DNA of 64,000 nucleotides. Source: Piromyces finnis finn. Its lineage: Eukaryota > Fungi > Neocallimastigomycota. The DNA lies in assembly GCA_002104945.1 (NCBI GenBank), contig MCFH01000013.1, positions 434,001-498,000 of the forward strand. Direction: 5' to 3'. This document shows positions 37,940 to 50,564 of the stretch, in pieces. The position numbers and the translations under genes are program-made. How positions within the stretch are numbered: the first letter of the stretch is position 1; every line of letters starts with the position of its first letter. The notes under the pieces were generated by a model. It was not told the origin of the DNA. It did no database searches and was given only the letters and a program-made list of their open reading frames with translations.

Positions 37940-39569
37940 AGTTTATAATGTTATGCATATATATATAGTAGGGTGAAAAAATTGAGGAAAAATATACAAA
38001 AAAGAATTCTTTATAATATCCTTTTATATGTTGTTATTGAAATTAATAAATATTATGTGATAACATAAATGCGAAAAAAAAAAAATAGAGATGATAATAG
38101 TAAAAAATGTTATATTTTCATATTTCTTAAAAATGTATTGAGGGTGTTATGTAAAACATAAGAATAAAAAAATAAAAGCAGATTATTGTATAAATTATAT
38201 TAAATGTATTATATAATTTGTTGTATATCAATTTCATTCCTTAATATGTACTTAAATTCATCTATTTTTTTTTTTTTATCTTTATATTGAAACCTTTTTC
38301 TTAATTTAAAAATTATAATAAAAATAAATTAACACATATTAAGTCTTGATATTATTCTTGTATATTACAAAAAAGATAGAATTTTTTTTCAATTTAGATA
38401 TTGAAAATTTGGAAAATGTGTTAATAATTGTTATATAATTTATAAATATGATGTTTATATTGTTTATCTAAATAAAATAAGAGTATTCCAATCCTGTTTA
38501 TTTCTTTTTTTTTTTTTTTTTTTTTTTTTCATTGATGGATAACAAAGATCGTCAGATTATTTATTATAATTAATTCATATTAACAACATAAGCCAATTAA
38601 TATATTTATATTTATAATAAAATATGAATAATAAAATGAAAAAGAAAAAAAATAATTTTAATTTTCTATTATTGTTAGTATTAAAAAGGTATATATTAAA
38701 ATAAAGATTTTTATTTACTTTATTTTTACTTTTTATTTTGTTCTTTTTTTATTATTATATATATATATTAATATGTTTTTATTGCTTATTTTTTTAGTCT
38801 TTTTGATTTTTTCTTTTGCTTTTGTTTTGTTTTGTTTTTTGTTTTTTGTTTTTTTTTAAAAAAAAAAAAAAATGTATAATTAGTATATCTTTATAAATTT
38901 CAACAATTCTTTTTTCATTCCAATCCTTAACCAAAAGAGTTGTTAATTATATTTGAATATTAATTAAAATTTTTATATTAAATTAAATTTAATTATAATT
39001 TATTCATATATAATAAATCTATTCATTTAGTTATATTTATTTATTTTATAATAAATTTATTCATTAATTTTAAATTTATTATAAAATAAACATATTAAAT
39101 ATATTTTATATTTAATAAAAAAAAAATTTTTTTAAAACTATTAATTACTATATAGAAAGTTAAGGTTTAAAGAAAAAAGTTGATTCTTTTGATAATTGTT
39201 ATAATAATTATTAATGATTATATATAAAATGAATAAATTTTTCAGAATCAAAAGCTATATTATATATAAACCATAATAAATTCTATAAAATTCTTAAGAT
39301 AATCCAAAAACAAAAAATTAGTTTATATATGATAATGATGATGATTTTTAAAAAATCAGTTCTTTTTTTTTTTAAATTTATTATTCGTTTTTCTCATAAA
39401 ATAAAGACAAATAAAAAAAAAAAAAAAGATAAATATTACCAGTTAGAATTTTCACATTTAATGAATACATTATATATTTAACTTTTTGTATTAATATAGT
39501 TTTACTATCATGAAATTAATCTTTTTTTTTTTTAAATTCTTTAAACTTCAGTATCAGTTATAGAATTAC

Positions 39570-39600
<31 letters not shown>

Positions 39601-40502
39601 GATATCGATGTCTGATTTATGAAATTACATTAAACAAGAAATAATAAAAAAAAATATTTTTTTAACCTTGATTATATACAATAAATAATTAAGTTTTATT
39701 TTTATTTATATTAAAGTCAAAAGAAAAAAGATTAATATTATGTTTTAATCAAGATAATAGTAATTTTCTTATAAAGGAATGATACTCTTAAGATTGTTTA
39801 TATATTAAGATGTTAATATTTAAATAAAGATATTTTTAAAATATCGTATAGTTAAAACTTTATTGAATAAAGTTCTTTAATACTATAAAGAATTATTATA
39901 AAAAATAAAACAGTACATATTTTATATTTTTAATTTAATTTTCTCCAATTAAATGAAATTAGACAATTCCTTTAATTATACATAGAAATTAGGATTTCTA
40001 TTATTATTAGCTATAATAATAATAATTAAATTAAAACTATTGTTTGGTAAAAATGACAAAAAATGATCTCTATTATAAAAGATCATAATAATGACAAAAA
40101 GTAATGCTAAAGGGAAAATATACTATAATAAAAATAGGATCGTAAATTATTATAATAAAAATTATATATAAAAAAAGGAATAATACATAATACTTTTATT
40201 TTTGTTGTGTTTTGCTTTGTTTTGTTTTGTTTTCTGATAATGGTTTATATATAGTATTATTGACTATTATAATATATATCAATATTTCAATATAAATAAA
40301 TTATAAATAAAATAGTATATGTATATTTCTGTAGTAAAACCTTTTAGTAATTTAAAGTATGAAATAAAACAATGTTATTTTTATAATAGATAAAATAGGC
40401 TACTAATTTTTATAATGTCATATTTGACAGATTAATGATTTAGGCCGTTAGTTACTTACATTATAATAAATACATCATTATTATCATTTTCGCCTATACT
40501 TT

Positions 40503-42614
40503 TTATTTTTTAAAGTATGAAAATAAACTTTTGACTTGATTCACAAACTGAATATAGAACTTTGAAGGAATATTATCATCGGTATTATTCTTTTCTATTT
40601 TCATATTCATTGCTTCAGATATATTACCCACATGATTATCTTTTCTATCAGATGTTTCATGAATATTTGTTTCCACTTTCTATTTAAGGCATCATAAATC
40701 GTTTTAAAATGACATCAAAACAAAAAAAAAAATAATGAAAAAGAAAATAATAAATTAGTTTTTCTATAAAATAATAACCGCAATTAAAATGATATCCTAA
40801 TTCGAGATTCAATAGAAATATTTTAATATAATTTACCTCATTCAAGAAGTATTTATGAAGAATAAGAATTCTTTTTCCTCTATCATGAATACTATAATAA
40901 TAATTAAAGAAATCTTTAATTTTAGCTTCATTATCACTGGAAAGAATTTTTTCAATCTTTTTTGGGTAATATGTAAGTGATTTATTATTTTTAATGATGG
41001 GATGGATATCTAAACCATAGGAAAGTAAAACTTTACAATTAAATGGAATGAAATTAGGATGAGTTGTTGCTGTCAATGAAATAATATTATCTGTTTGTCG
41101 TGATAATCCTTCACTTGGATTTATACGAGGAAATAAAGAATAAGTGCACATTTCAACTGGGTCTGATAAATGTTCATTTAACTTAAAAGTATTCATGAAT
41201 TTAATTAATTTATATATATGTATACGTGTATGTGAAATAATTAAATTATTTTTGTTTATATTTTTGTTTAAATTAGTTTAAGAAGAAGAAGAATTGTTAT
41301 TTGTTGATATTATTATTCGTTAATTAATTGTTATTATTGATAAGAAATTCATTTTTATTATAATATAATAAAAAATAAAAATATAAGTATTATTTACAAT
41401 TTTATAATTAACACTATTATTTTCTTTTACGAACATACCTGATTTGAGTAACCATAACCAAATGTACCATAATTAAACGTTATTTCTAAATCAATGGTAC
41501 CCACAAATAACTCATTATTCCATATATCATATGATCCAAATATTGGGCTCATCTATTATAATTAAATAAATTATATGTATTAATAGATGTTTTTATTGTA
41601 AAATATATATATATATATATATATATTAAACATTTTATTAGAAAAAGATGATTATTTAATTAATAATATTTATTCAAACAAAATAAAATTCATTTATAAT
41701 TACAGATATTATATCATGAAGATGAAAATAAACATTCCCTATTTTTTTACTCTCTTTAATATCCATATCAAATCCGAAAACATTAATTGATAAAAGGTTA
41801 TATGGGTGTCTTTTATTTTTAATAACCTATTAATTTTTTTTAAAACATATATATATTTATTCATTAGAATATATTTTTTCCCTTACTTTTACTTTTTATT
41901 CATAGGATAAAAATAAAAATGCAATAAAATTATATATGTATTTACACTAGCGGGGAAATGGGCTGTTTGATTAAAACTTAGAGTGTTAGCATCATTAATG
42001 ATAATTTTTGTTCTAGTAGATAGTGTTCTTAATTTTAAGATAGCATATACATTATTAATATCATTTATCATATAATCTAATGTAATATAATTAAATTAGT
42101 GAAAATTATTAAAAAGATAATTAAAATATATATAAATAAATATTGATAAATTACTCATATTTGTGATATCAGAAAGATTCAAAGTTCGAATAGTAACTAT
42201 AAAAAAATAAAAAAAAGAAATAAAAAAGTTAATATATTATATAAGTTAAAATCAGTAATGTTGTCACTTCTTTTTATTTTATTATTGGGAAACAACAATA
42301 TATTGATTAATACCTGAAACTACCCCATTCTAATAAAGAATATATTTAAATTATTAATATTATTATATGAAAAAGAATAAAAAAAAAAGGTTGAATTAAA
42401 AAATGATATTTTTCTCTATTATATATAATGATATAATGATCCTTCATCAATATATAATATATATTACCAAGGAAGGACGAATATCTTCAGAAGCTAAGAA
42501 ATAACGTTGAATAGCAGCGATTTCGTCCAATTCAACATCTTTCTTCTCTCTCTGTTCATCAATAGTAACTAAAAAATCATTTGGTTTTTCATCTGGATCT
42601 TCATAAAAATTCAT
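40503..42614 (-). CDS. C2-domain protein resembling C2CD6/ALS2CR11 (CatSper-tau); ~360 aa, multi-exon
   Basis: Phase-consistent splicing gives NGVVSVTIRTLNL..VYAILKLRTLSTRTK..FNQTAHFPASVIKNKRHPYNLLSINVFGFD..IGNVYFHLHDIIS..FVGTIDLEITFNYGTFGYGYSNQLNEHL..YSLFPRINP..HPNFIPF. This is colinear with the ALS2CR11 region as recalled (..FSYGNFGYGFSHQL..). Confidence 0.65.
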
Positions 42615-43100
42615 ATTTCCCTCTTTTTTTATATATTTTTTTAAATATTTATTTTTTATAGCTTAATAATTGATATAAAGTTGCTAAGCAAATAATATGC
42701 CTATTCAGTAATAGAAAAAAAAAACTGAATTTATTATAACTATTAATTATTTTTCTCTTTATTATGCTATTATAATATTTAGAGTATATAGCTCCTCTAT
42801 TTTCTAAATATATGTTTAGATAAAGTTAAAATGCTTGTTAAGAAATAATAATGATGTTTGTGAATATTTATATATTAAATTTTATTATTTGTTTATAAAT
42901 ACACAATTTAATTATTCAAACTTAATTATTAAAGTATAAATTTCATATAATAAAGTTTATTAAAACGAATTATAAAAAATCAATTTTTAGAAGAGTGGCC
43001 AGAATTTAATTATTACACTAAATATAATACTTGAAAAAAAAAAAAAAAGTTATATTATTATAAATGTTTTAGTTATTAAACTAGTTATTCTTTTACTTTT

Positions 43101-43104
<4 letters not shown>

Positions 43105-43179
<75 letters not shown>

Positions 43180-43221
43180 TTATTTATTTATTTATTTATT
43201 TATTTATTAATTTATTTATTT
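43105..43221 (+). repeat. (ATTT)n microsatellite in the divergent intergenic region
   Basis: Direct reading of the sequence. Confidence 0.9.
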
Positions 43222-43330
43222 AATATCTTTTCATAAAAATTTTGAAAAATGATTAATTTTTAATATATAATTTTTTAAAAATAAAAATAAAAAAAAAAAT
43301 CTTTTGGAATTTATATTATTTTAAAAAAAA

Positions 43331-44816
43331 ATGGAAAACAAGAAACATACCTTAGAAAATAGTATAATTAATAAAACCATAGATTTTAATAATGATTCTT
43401 TAAGCTTTCATAATAAAAAAGCAAAAACATCATTTGAGGATATAATAAAAACAAGAATATTATGGACTCGACAATTTCAGTCCAATAGTGTTAATGCACT
43501 TGAAGTTGGAAAAATATTTTTAAAAAAGAAAAGTGAAATGGCTATAGTTATTGGAGTAGATTCTACCCTTAAGATTATTCAAAATAGAGATTCTCTTGTA
43601 CGTACAATAATATTTTCTCTTATATTTCTTGTTAAAATTAGAAATAATATCAAATACATATAAAGAAAAAAGAGAAGAAAAAAAAAAAAGTGAAATTCAT
43701 TGATGGAAAATGCATTTTATAACTGAAATTTATGAAATTTGAAATTTTAAAAATCAAATAAAAATATATATATATTAGATAATAAGTGTCATAAATAATA
43801 AACCTTTATAGAGAAAAATAATAATAATTCTAATATAATAAATAAATTGCTATTTTTATATAACAAAAAAGAAAAATTCAGAATTAAATAATTATTAATT
43901 TTAATAATAAATAGGATGATATACCAGTTACTACATCAAGTGGAACCATATTATGCATAAAGCTTTTCCCAATAATGCCGACATCTTCAGAAAATAATGT
44001 TAATGATATTGTAATCGGGGATGAGAATGGAGAGGTTTCACTGATTTCAAATAATCAAGTATTTTTAAAACATAATTTCGGATCCTCCATTACAAATATT
44101 GAAATTACAAAGGATATGAGTAAAATCTCACTTTATTCTTTTTATATATTATCAATATCAATATTAGCAGTATTATTATTTATACACAATAATAATATAC
44201 TATTCAAATGTTATAATAAAGAGAAATAATAAATTAATATTTAAAATTTAAAAAAAGAAAGAATTTCAAATGTCATTTACCTAACATTTCATTATTATGT
44301 TTTTAATAGTAAATAATGTTGAAATAATTGCAAGTGATTTTTCAGGTATAATTCATTCATTCAATAACTATAATGTTAATTGGAAAACAAGAATATTAGA
44401 TAATAATAATTCGCCAACAAATGTAAGCTATCAAAAAATGATATTAATATATATTGATACTAACCTATAAAAATAATATAAAAATTATTAATATCAAAAT
44501 ATAACTTTTTTTTTTTCAAATTCAAAACTTAACAGTTACCAACAATAAACCCGATAAAATGTATATTACCAGTAGTAATTAAAGATAGATTTAATATAGA
44601 AACAAGTTATCTTATTATTTCAAATGATACCTTAAAACTCTACTTTTATCAATTGGGATATAAAAAATTTGAGATTGAAGTACCATCACCAATAAATACT
44701 GTAAGAATGCAACTTTTTTTTTTCATTATACTTTGAAATGAATAAAATAATATAAAATTAATACATCAACATAAAAAAAAAATTAAAAATGAATATTTTA
44801 TTATTTTTATTTATTC

Positions 44817-44872
<56 letters not shown>

Positions 44873-45539
44873 GATATGTACTGGTTCAATTTCAAATAAG
44901 GAGGAAAAAGAAATTTTAATAGGATGCAAAAATGGAAATATATACACCATAATTGATTACAAGGTTTTTAAAATAATAATAATGTTGTTTTTGATATTGA
45001 AAACCAACTTTATATATAAATATTCAATTTGTTATTATAATCATAATAGTAAATCATTAAAAATATATATTAATTAATTATTAATAATATATATGGGTTT
45101 ATAGCTTTATCCATTAATTGAATCAAATGAATACATTAATAAAATAAAAACAATATCTATTCCAAGTATATCGAAAGAACAAGATATTATTATATGTTCA
45201 GGGCAGTTTAATGGATTAAAATTCTTTTTGAATAAAAATGTAAGTATTAAAACAAAAAAAAAAAAAAGTTTTAATAAATAAATATATATTATTTGAAGAA
45301 AAAAAAATAATGATAATACAAAGCAACTAAATATTAATGGTTCTAATAATGTGATTAATATTGGTTATTCTTATAATAATACCTTTCCTATTATAATACA
45401 GTTAATTTATACATTTAATACTTCAGATTGGATCTATGATTTTAGTTTCTATTATACAACACCAAATATAATACGCCTTGTTACCGTCAGTGTTGAAGGT
45501 GAACTACAAGTTTCTGAAATAATTTTAACTGAAAATTGA
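43331..45539 (+). CDS. Stand-alone beta-propeller protein (~370 aa, 7 exons), WD40/FG-GAP-like; possibly related to BBS2/BBS7/ITFG2 propellers
   Basis: Six GT..AG introns splice in phase. Repeated blade-like motifs include DIVIGDENGEVSLI, EIIASDFSGIIHSF, EILIGCKNGNIYTI, DIIICSGQFNGLKFF and LVTVSVEGELQV. The family assignment is tentative. Confidence 0.6.
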
Positions 45540-45913
45540 TGATATCGGGGGAAAAAAAATCATATATATTTATGAATATATAACGATAAAAAAAAATAAG
45601 TTATCTTTTAAGTTATTAAAAAATAACTAAAATATGTTTATAAAAAAAATATAAAAAATTAAAAAATAAAAATTTTTTTAATATCAAATAATACCAAATA
45701 TGATTTATTTGTTTTATGAAATTATAAGATTTTAGAATCCTGTTACATTGTAAATAAGTAAATAAATAATTAAAATAAAAAGCTTTTATTTTACTTTATT
45801 ATACATACTTTATTTTTATTTTTTATTTTGTTTATTATTTTTTTTTTACATTATTATTCTTATTTATTATTCTTATTTTAGTTTATTTTTGTTTTGATTT
45901 TATTTCTTTATTA

Positions 45914-45988
<75 letters not shown>

Positions 45989-46223
45989 TATTATTATTAC
46001 TTATATTATTATTTACATTATTATTATTGTTATTATTATTTACTCTATTTTACTCTATCTTAAATACTGGATTTGATTAAAAATGTGTTAATCTAACCCG
46101 TTAATAATTTGATTTTTTATTTATAAATGTTTTAAAATATAAAAGTGATATGTTAATAGAAAGAAATATATAAAATTTTAAAAAATATTTAAAAAAAAAA
46201 TTTTTTTTTATAGGAATTGTAAA

Positions 46224-47396
46224 TTATTCATTCATTTTAATTTTTGTTTCTATTATAGTATTTAAATAATTTACAAAATCTTCATTATTCAAGTAATCAT
46301 TTCTTGAAAGGTTATTAATAATATGTTCTTCATTTATTAATTTGCCATTTAATTTAATTTCTTTTTCAAGAAGATACTTTATTAAATTATGTCTCTCAAT
46401 ATAGCATTCAATTTGACTTTCATTATGATTATAAAATATATTCATTAAATTATCTTGTACTTTCTTTTTATTTAATAAATATTCATTAATTTCGGTTAAT
46501 TGTTGATTAGAAAGAGCCTTTAAATCCCTATTTGATATTCTATACATACCAAAGATTTCAGCTTTTAAAATTACTGGACTATTTTTTAATATATCATAAT
46601 TAATTAAAGATGAATATAATGGTAATAAAAATGATTTATCATTCATTAATGATGGTGCTCCCTTAGCAGCATTTAATTTATCGATATGTTCAATCATTAA
46701 TTTAATTTCTTTATATCCATCCATAAGAACTAAATAGGTGAAAAGTTTTATTGAAAACTGTTGAGTTTGACCTAAGAGTTCTACTGAATAATAATTAAAT
46801 TCTAAAATATCAATATTTATACCATGGTCAAGAAGAAATTGTACTTGTTTTTCATAATTTTTTCTAATACATAATTTAGCTGCATTATCTATTGTATTGT
46901 ACTTGTCATCCAAGTATCTATTATTAAACTTTTCGTAATATCTATGATATAAGAAAAGAGACATTAAAATGTTCATTTTTGGATGAACAAATATGATTCC
47001 GCATGCAAAGACTAATTCGGGTACTGGAAGGAAGCAATCAAATAATAAATTGACATCAGCATTCTTCTTTTCAATTAAGTACTCGGCAATTTCATAATTT
47101 TCGCGGACTAAACATTCAACAAGTGGTGGGAATATGGTTTCAAACTTTCCAAGGTAACGTAAAATCATATTTACGTTTTGAACTTCATCTAATATCTTCT
47201 TAATTAATTCATTAGGTACTTTTATTTGAATAGCGAAGGAAAGTATATTATAGTAGAATTTTTCTCTATCCTCCTTATATAAATTCATAAAATAATCTGA
47301 ACTAGCTTTACTATTCAAGAATTCCTTTAATTCATCAAATTGGCATAATTGTTCAAGTAATTTATCGGTTTGGCAACTTTCACTAATCCAACTCAT
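46224..47396 (-). CDS. Intronless 390-aa helical protein with degenerate ankyrin repeats
   Basis: PPLVECLVRENYEIAEYLIEKKNADVN and AAKLCIRKNYEKQVQFLLDHGINID fit ankyrin-repeat consensus positions. The ORF is long and uninterrupted in very AT-rich DNA. Confidence 0.65.
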   Translation of the reverse strand: MSWISESCQTDKLLEQLCQFDELKEFLNSKASSDYFMNLYKEDREKFYYNILSFAIQIKVPNELIKKILDEVQNVNMILRYLGKFETIFPPLVECLVRENYEIAEYLIEKKNADVNLLFDCFLPVPELVFACGIIFVHPKMNILMSLFLYHRYYEKFNNRYLDDKYNTIDNAAKLCIRKNYEKQVQFLLDHGINIDILEFNYYSVELLGQTQQFSIKLFTYLVLMDGYKEIKLMIEHIDKLNAAKGAPSLMNDKSFLLPLYSSLINYDILKNSPVILKAEIFGMYRISNRDLKALSNQQLTEINEYLLNKKKVQDNLMNIFYNHNESQIECYIERHNLIKYLLEKEIKLNGKLINEEHIINNLSRNDYLNNEDFVNYLNTIIETKIKMNE

Positions 47397-47962
47397 TTTT
47401 TTTTTATTCTTTATTTATTATTTGTTAATTATATTTTTTTAAATAATTGTTTTTTTTTTTATAATTCAACTTTTAATTATAAAAAAAGTATAAAATATAA
47501 GATATAGAAAAAAAAAAAAAAAAACAAGAAAAATATAAAATATTTATACTTGTAACAAATTAAAAAGTTTTATATTATCTTTTAATTATTAAACACAACC
47601 ACATTAATACTATTTATTAATCTATTTTTGTACTACATTGTAAATTTTAAGGAGATTTTCCGCATTTACCACTTTTTATAATTTTTTAATATAAAAATAA
47701 AAATATAAAAAAATGGAATGACATATACACACACAGTACAAAGATATAAAAAATAGTAAATAGAAATATGAGTTAATCTTTTGTTTATTTAATACCTATT
47801 TTATTATATATTAGATAATTATTTAAATAAATAAATATATCATCATATACTAAATATTAATCTATTTTATAATATAAAAAAGGATAAAAAAAAATATTAT
47901 ACTTAACCATATGATTGGGTTAAGTTTTAAAAATTAGATTTATCTAAAATAATTTTAAATTT

Positions 47963-47997
<35 letters not shown>

Positions 47998-48154
47998 TTT
48001 TTTACCTTTTCTTTATGCTAATTAATTTTATATATATTATTATTTATTCTTTCCATAATATCATTTTTATATATATATGTTTTTTTTTGTTTTTTGGTTT
48101 TTTTTTTGTTTGTTTGTTTGTTTGCTTCTTTGCTATTATGGTATAATAAATTTT

Positions 48155-48189
<35 letters not shown>

Positions 48190-48668
48190 TTATATTTTAA
48201 TTTTTACAATTTATAAAAAAGGTTTAAAAAGAAAAATATATATATATAATTGACTTTGGTAAAAAATAAAATTTTTTTAGGCATTTTTCTTTTTTTTTTT
48301 TTTTTTTAGTAATTCAAGTGGTCGTAAAATGGGTGATTTAAATAATATAATGAAAAAAAGGAAAAGTTTTAATAAATAAATTAGAATTTTTTGAATAAAA
48401 AAAAAGAAAGGAAAAAATATATTTATATATATATGAATATATTTTTTCTTTCATTCATTATTATTATTTTATTTTATTTTTTTGTTTTGTTTTATTTATT
48501 CATATTAGTTATTTAATATGAATTTATTTCATGTAGCATTTCATTATATATATGTACCAAAATATAAAAAGTGTTATACCTTGTTTGGTATTCAATAAAC
48601 ATAAATATAAATTTTTTTTGTTATATATAAATTTTTTATCGGTTTTTTTTCTTTTTTTTTTTTTTTTT

Positions 48669-50564
48669 TTACATTATTGAACATTGATGTGAATTGGTAG
48701 CATATGGATTACTACCACTAGAATAACCATACATTTGAAGTAAGTTTTCAGATTCTTCTCTAGCCTTTTCATTTCTACTATCAATCATTTTTATTTTAAC
48801 TTCACGTGGGAATTCCTTCTTTAATTTTATCATAAGTTTATCGTCAAGATTATTTCTATTAGCATTGTAAATAACATCTTTTTTACGACAAATTGGACAA
48901 TCTCTAACATTAAGACGTTTAGCCTTCATTAAACATCTTAAACAGAAAAGATGGCCACAATCTAAACGAATTGGTTTATATGATATTTCTCTACAAATTG
49001 GACAGAAATATTCTTCTGGATTTGGAATAACTGTAAGAAGACGAGAAGAGATTTGGTAAACGAGAGAACGAACGATATTATCCTTGAAAAAGGTTTCATC
49101 GCAAGCAAATTTTGGAAAACCTTCACTAGCAAGTAAGTGAGTACGTTTATCATGTTTCTTTAAAATTTTGTAAACAGCGGTTTGGTTCAATTCGTAGAAA
49201 CGTTTAATAGCAACAATATCGTGATTTAATTGAATAAATTCTTTCAATAAAGTTTGAGATTTTTTAGTCTTAAACTTTTTACCAATCTTTGCTGCTTTTA
49301 TTTCGAAAAGCTTTAATTGTTCAATAACTTCATCTGGAGCTCTATCCTTGCCTCTATATTTCCATATCATTGAATCACAATAGAGAGCTAATAATTCTCT
49401 CCAACGATAGGTATCCTTCATATTTGGAGAAGAAACTTCTGATAATATATTGGCCATAATATTAATTTTTGTTTCGAAAATCTTTTTATATTCTTCTTGA
49501 AATGATGAAAGTTGAGAAAGAGATGCAGCTAATTCATTTAAAAATTGTGCATCTGCTTCTAATAATACCTTTAATGATTTCATTGTATTAGCTGCTGCTG
49601 CTTCATCAGAAAGGACATCTTCTTCTTCTTCTTGAGTACAATCAATAATATCATCAACTTCTACTCCATCGACAATTATTTTTTTATTTTCATCCTTTTC
49701 TTCTTCTTCTTCATTAACTGGTTCTTCAACAAGAGCAACAACATCTTTGGATTGATCTATCTCTGGTATATTATCCTTGATATCATTATCTTTTTCATTA
49801 TCAATATTTGTATTATTAGTATTATCATCATTAGATGAAGAAGAAGAAACCTGATTTTGGGAATTAGAAGAAGTAGCCTCTTCATTATTTGATGGTACTT
49901 CTTTCAACTCTGTCTTACTTTTTTCTTCTTCTACTAAAGGTTCTTTTTGCTTTGCAGCAACACTAGCCATTTTATCACCATCACTTTTACTTCTTTTTAA
50001 TTGATTTCCACTTCCTTTATGTGTTGATTCATCAAAAACAGTATTTCTTCTAGTAGCTTCTACAGCAGATGAAGGTTCTTTATTATCTTCACTGTCCGAA
50101 TTACTACGACGATTTAATCTTCTTAATGGAAGTTGTTTATTAAATATAAATTCATTTTTAACAGAATTTGCAATTTGAAATGATCTTAAAACTCTTTCTT
50201 TTGTAACCTTTTCATGTACATGAGTATCATCAGAAAGTTCAATAACTTCTTGAAGTTTTGGGTCAATTGTAATTTCTTCAGAATTTAATTCTAAAACATC
50301 TTTTTGAGATAATTCTGCAACATAATCTTTATCAATATATAAAATTAAAGATGACTTGATTTCACCTTCTTCTCCGTCTTTATTTGAAAGAGAATATATA
50401 ACTTTACATTTTTCATTTTCGGGTATTTCATATACACCTGTACTTTCAAGATTACTAACAATCTTATTAATTGATTTTTTAAATTTTTTATAATTTAAAA
50501 CTTGACCTTTATATTCTTCTGGCAAGGTCTCGGCTGCCATTTGTAAAGTTTTAGCGAATTTCAT
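48669..50564 (-). CDS. SPX-RING E3 ubiquitin ligase (Pqr1/Spx1- and plant NLA-like), 631 aa, intronless
   Basis: SPX motifs MKFAKTL..LNYKKFKKSI and ELNQTAVYKILKKHDKRT flank a long acidic insert. The C3HC4 RING is CPICREISYKPIRLDCGHLFCLRCL..CPICR. The protein ends in CSIM-stop. Confidence 0.92.
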   Translation of the reverse strand: MKFAKTLQMAAETLPEEYKGQVLNYKKFKKSINKIVSNLESTGVYEIPENEKCKVIYSLSNKDGEEGEIKSSLILYIDKDYVAELSQKDVLELNSEEITIDPKLQEVIELSDDTHVHEKVTKERVLRSFQIANSVKNEFIFNKQLPLRRLNRRSNSDSEDNKEPSSAVEATRRNTVFDESTHKGSGNQLKRSKSDGDKMASVAAKQKEPLVEEEKSKTELKEVPSNNEEATSSNSQNQVSSSSSNDDNTNNTNIDNEKDNDIKDNIPEIDQSKDVVALVEEPVNEEEEEKDENKKIIVDGVEVDDIIDCTQEEEEDVLSDEAAAANTMKSLKVLLEADAQFLNELAASLSQLSSFQEEYKKIFETKINIMANILSEVSSPNMKDTYRWRELLALYCDSMIWKYRGKDRAPDEVIEQLKLFEIKAAKIGKKFKTKKSQTLLKEFIQLNHDIVAIKRFYELNQTAVYKILKKHDKRTHLLASEGFPKFACDETFFKDNIVRSLVYQISSRLLTVIPNPEEYFCPICREISYKPIRLDCGHLFCLRCLMKAKRLNVRDCPICRKKDVIYNANRNNLDDKLMIKLKKEFPREVKIKMIDSRNEKAREESENLLQMYGYSSGSNPYATNSHQCSIM

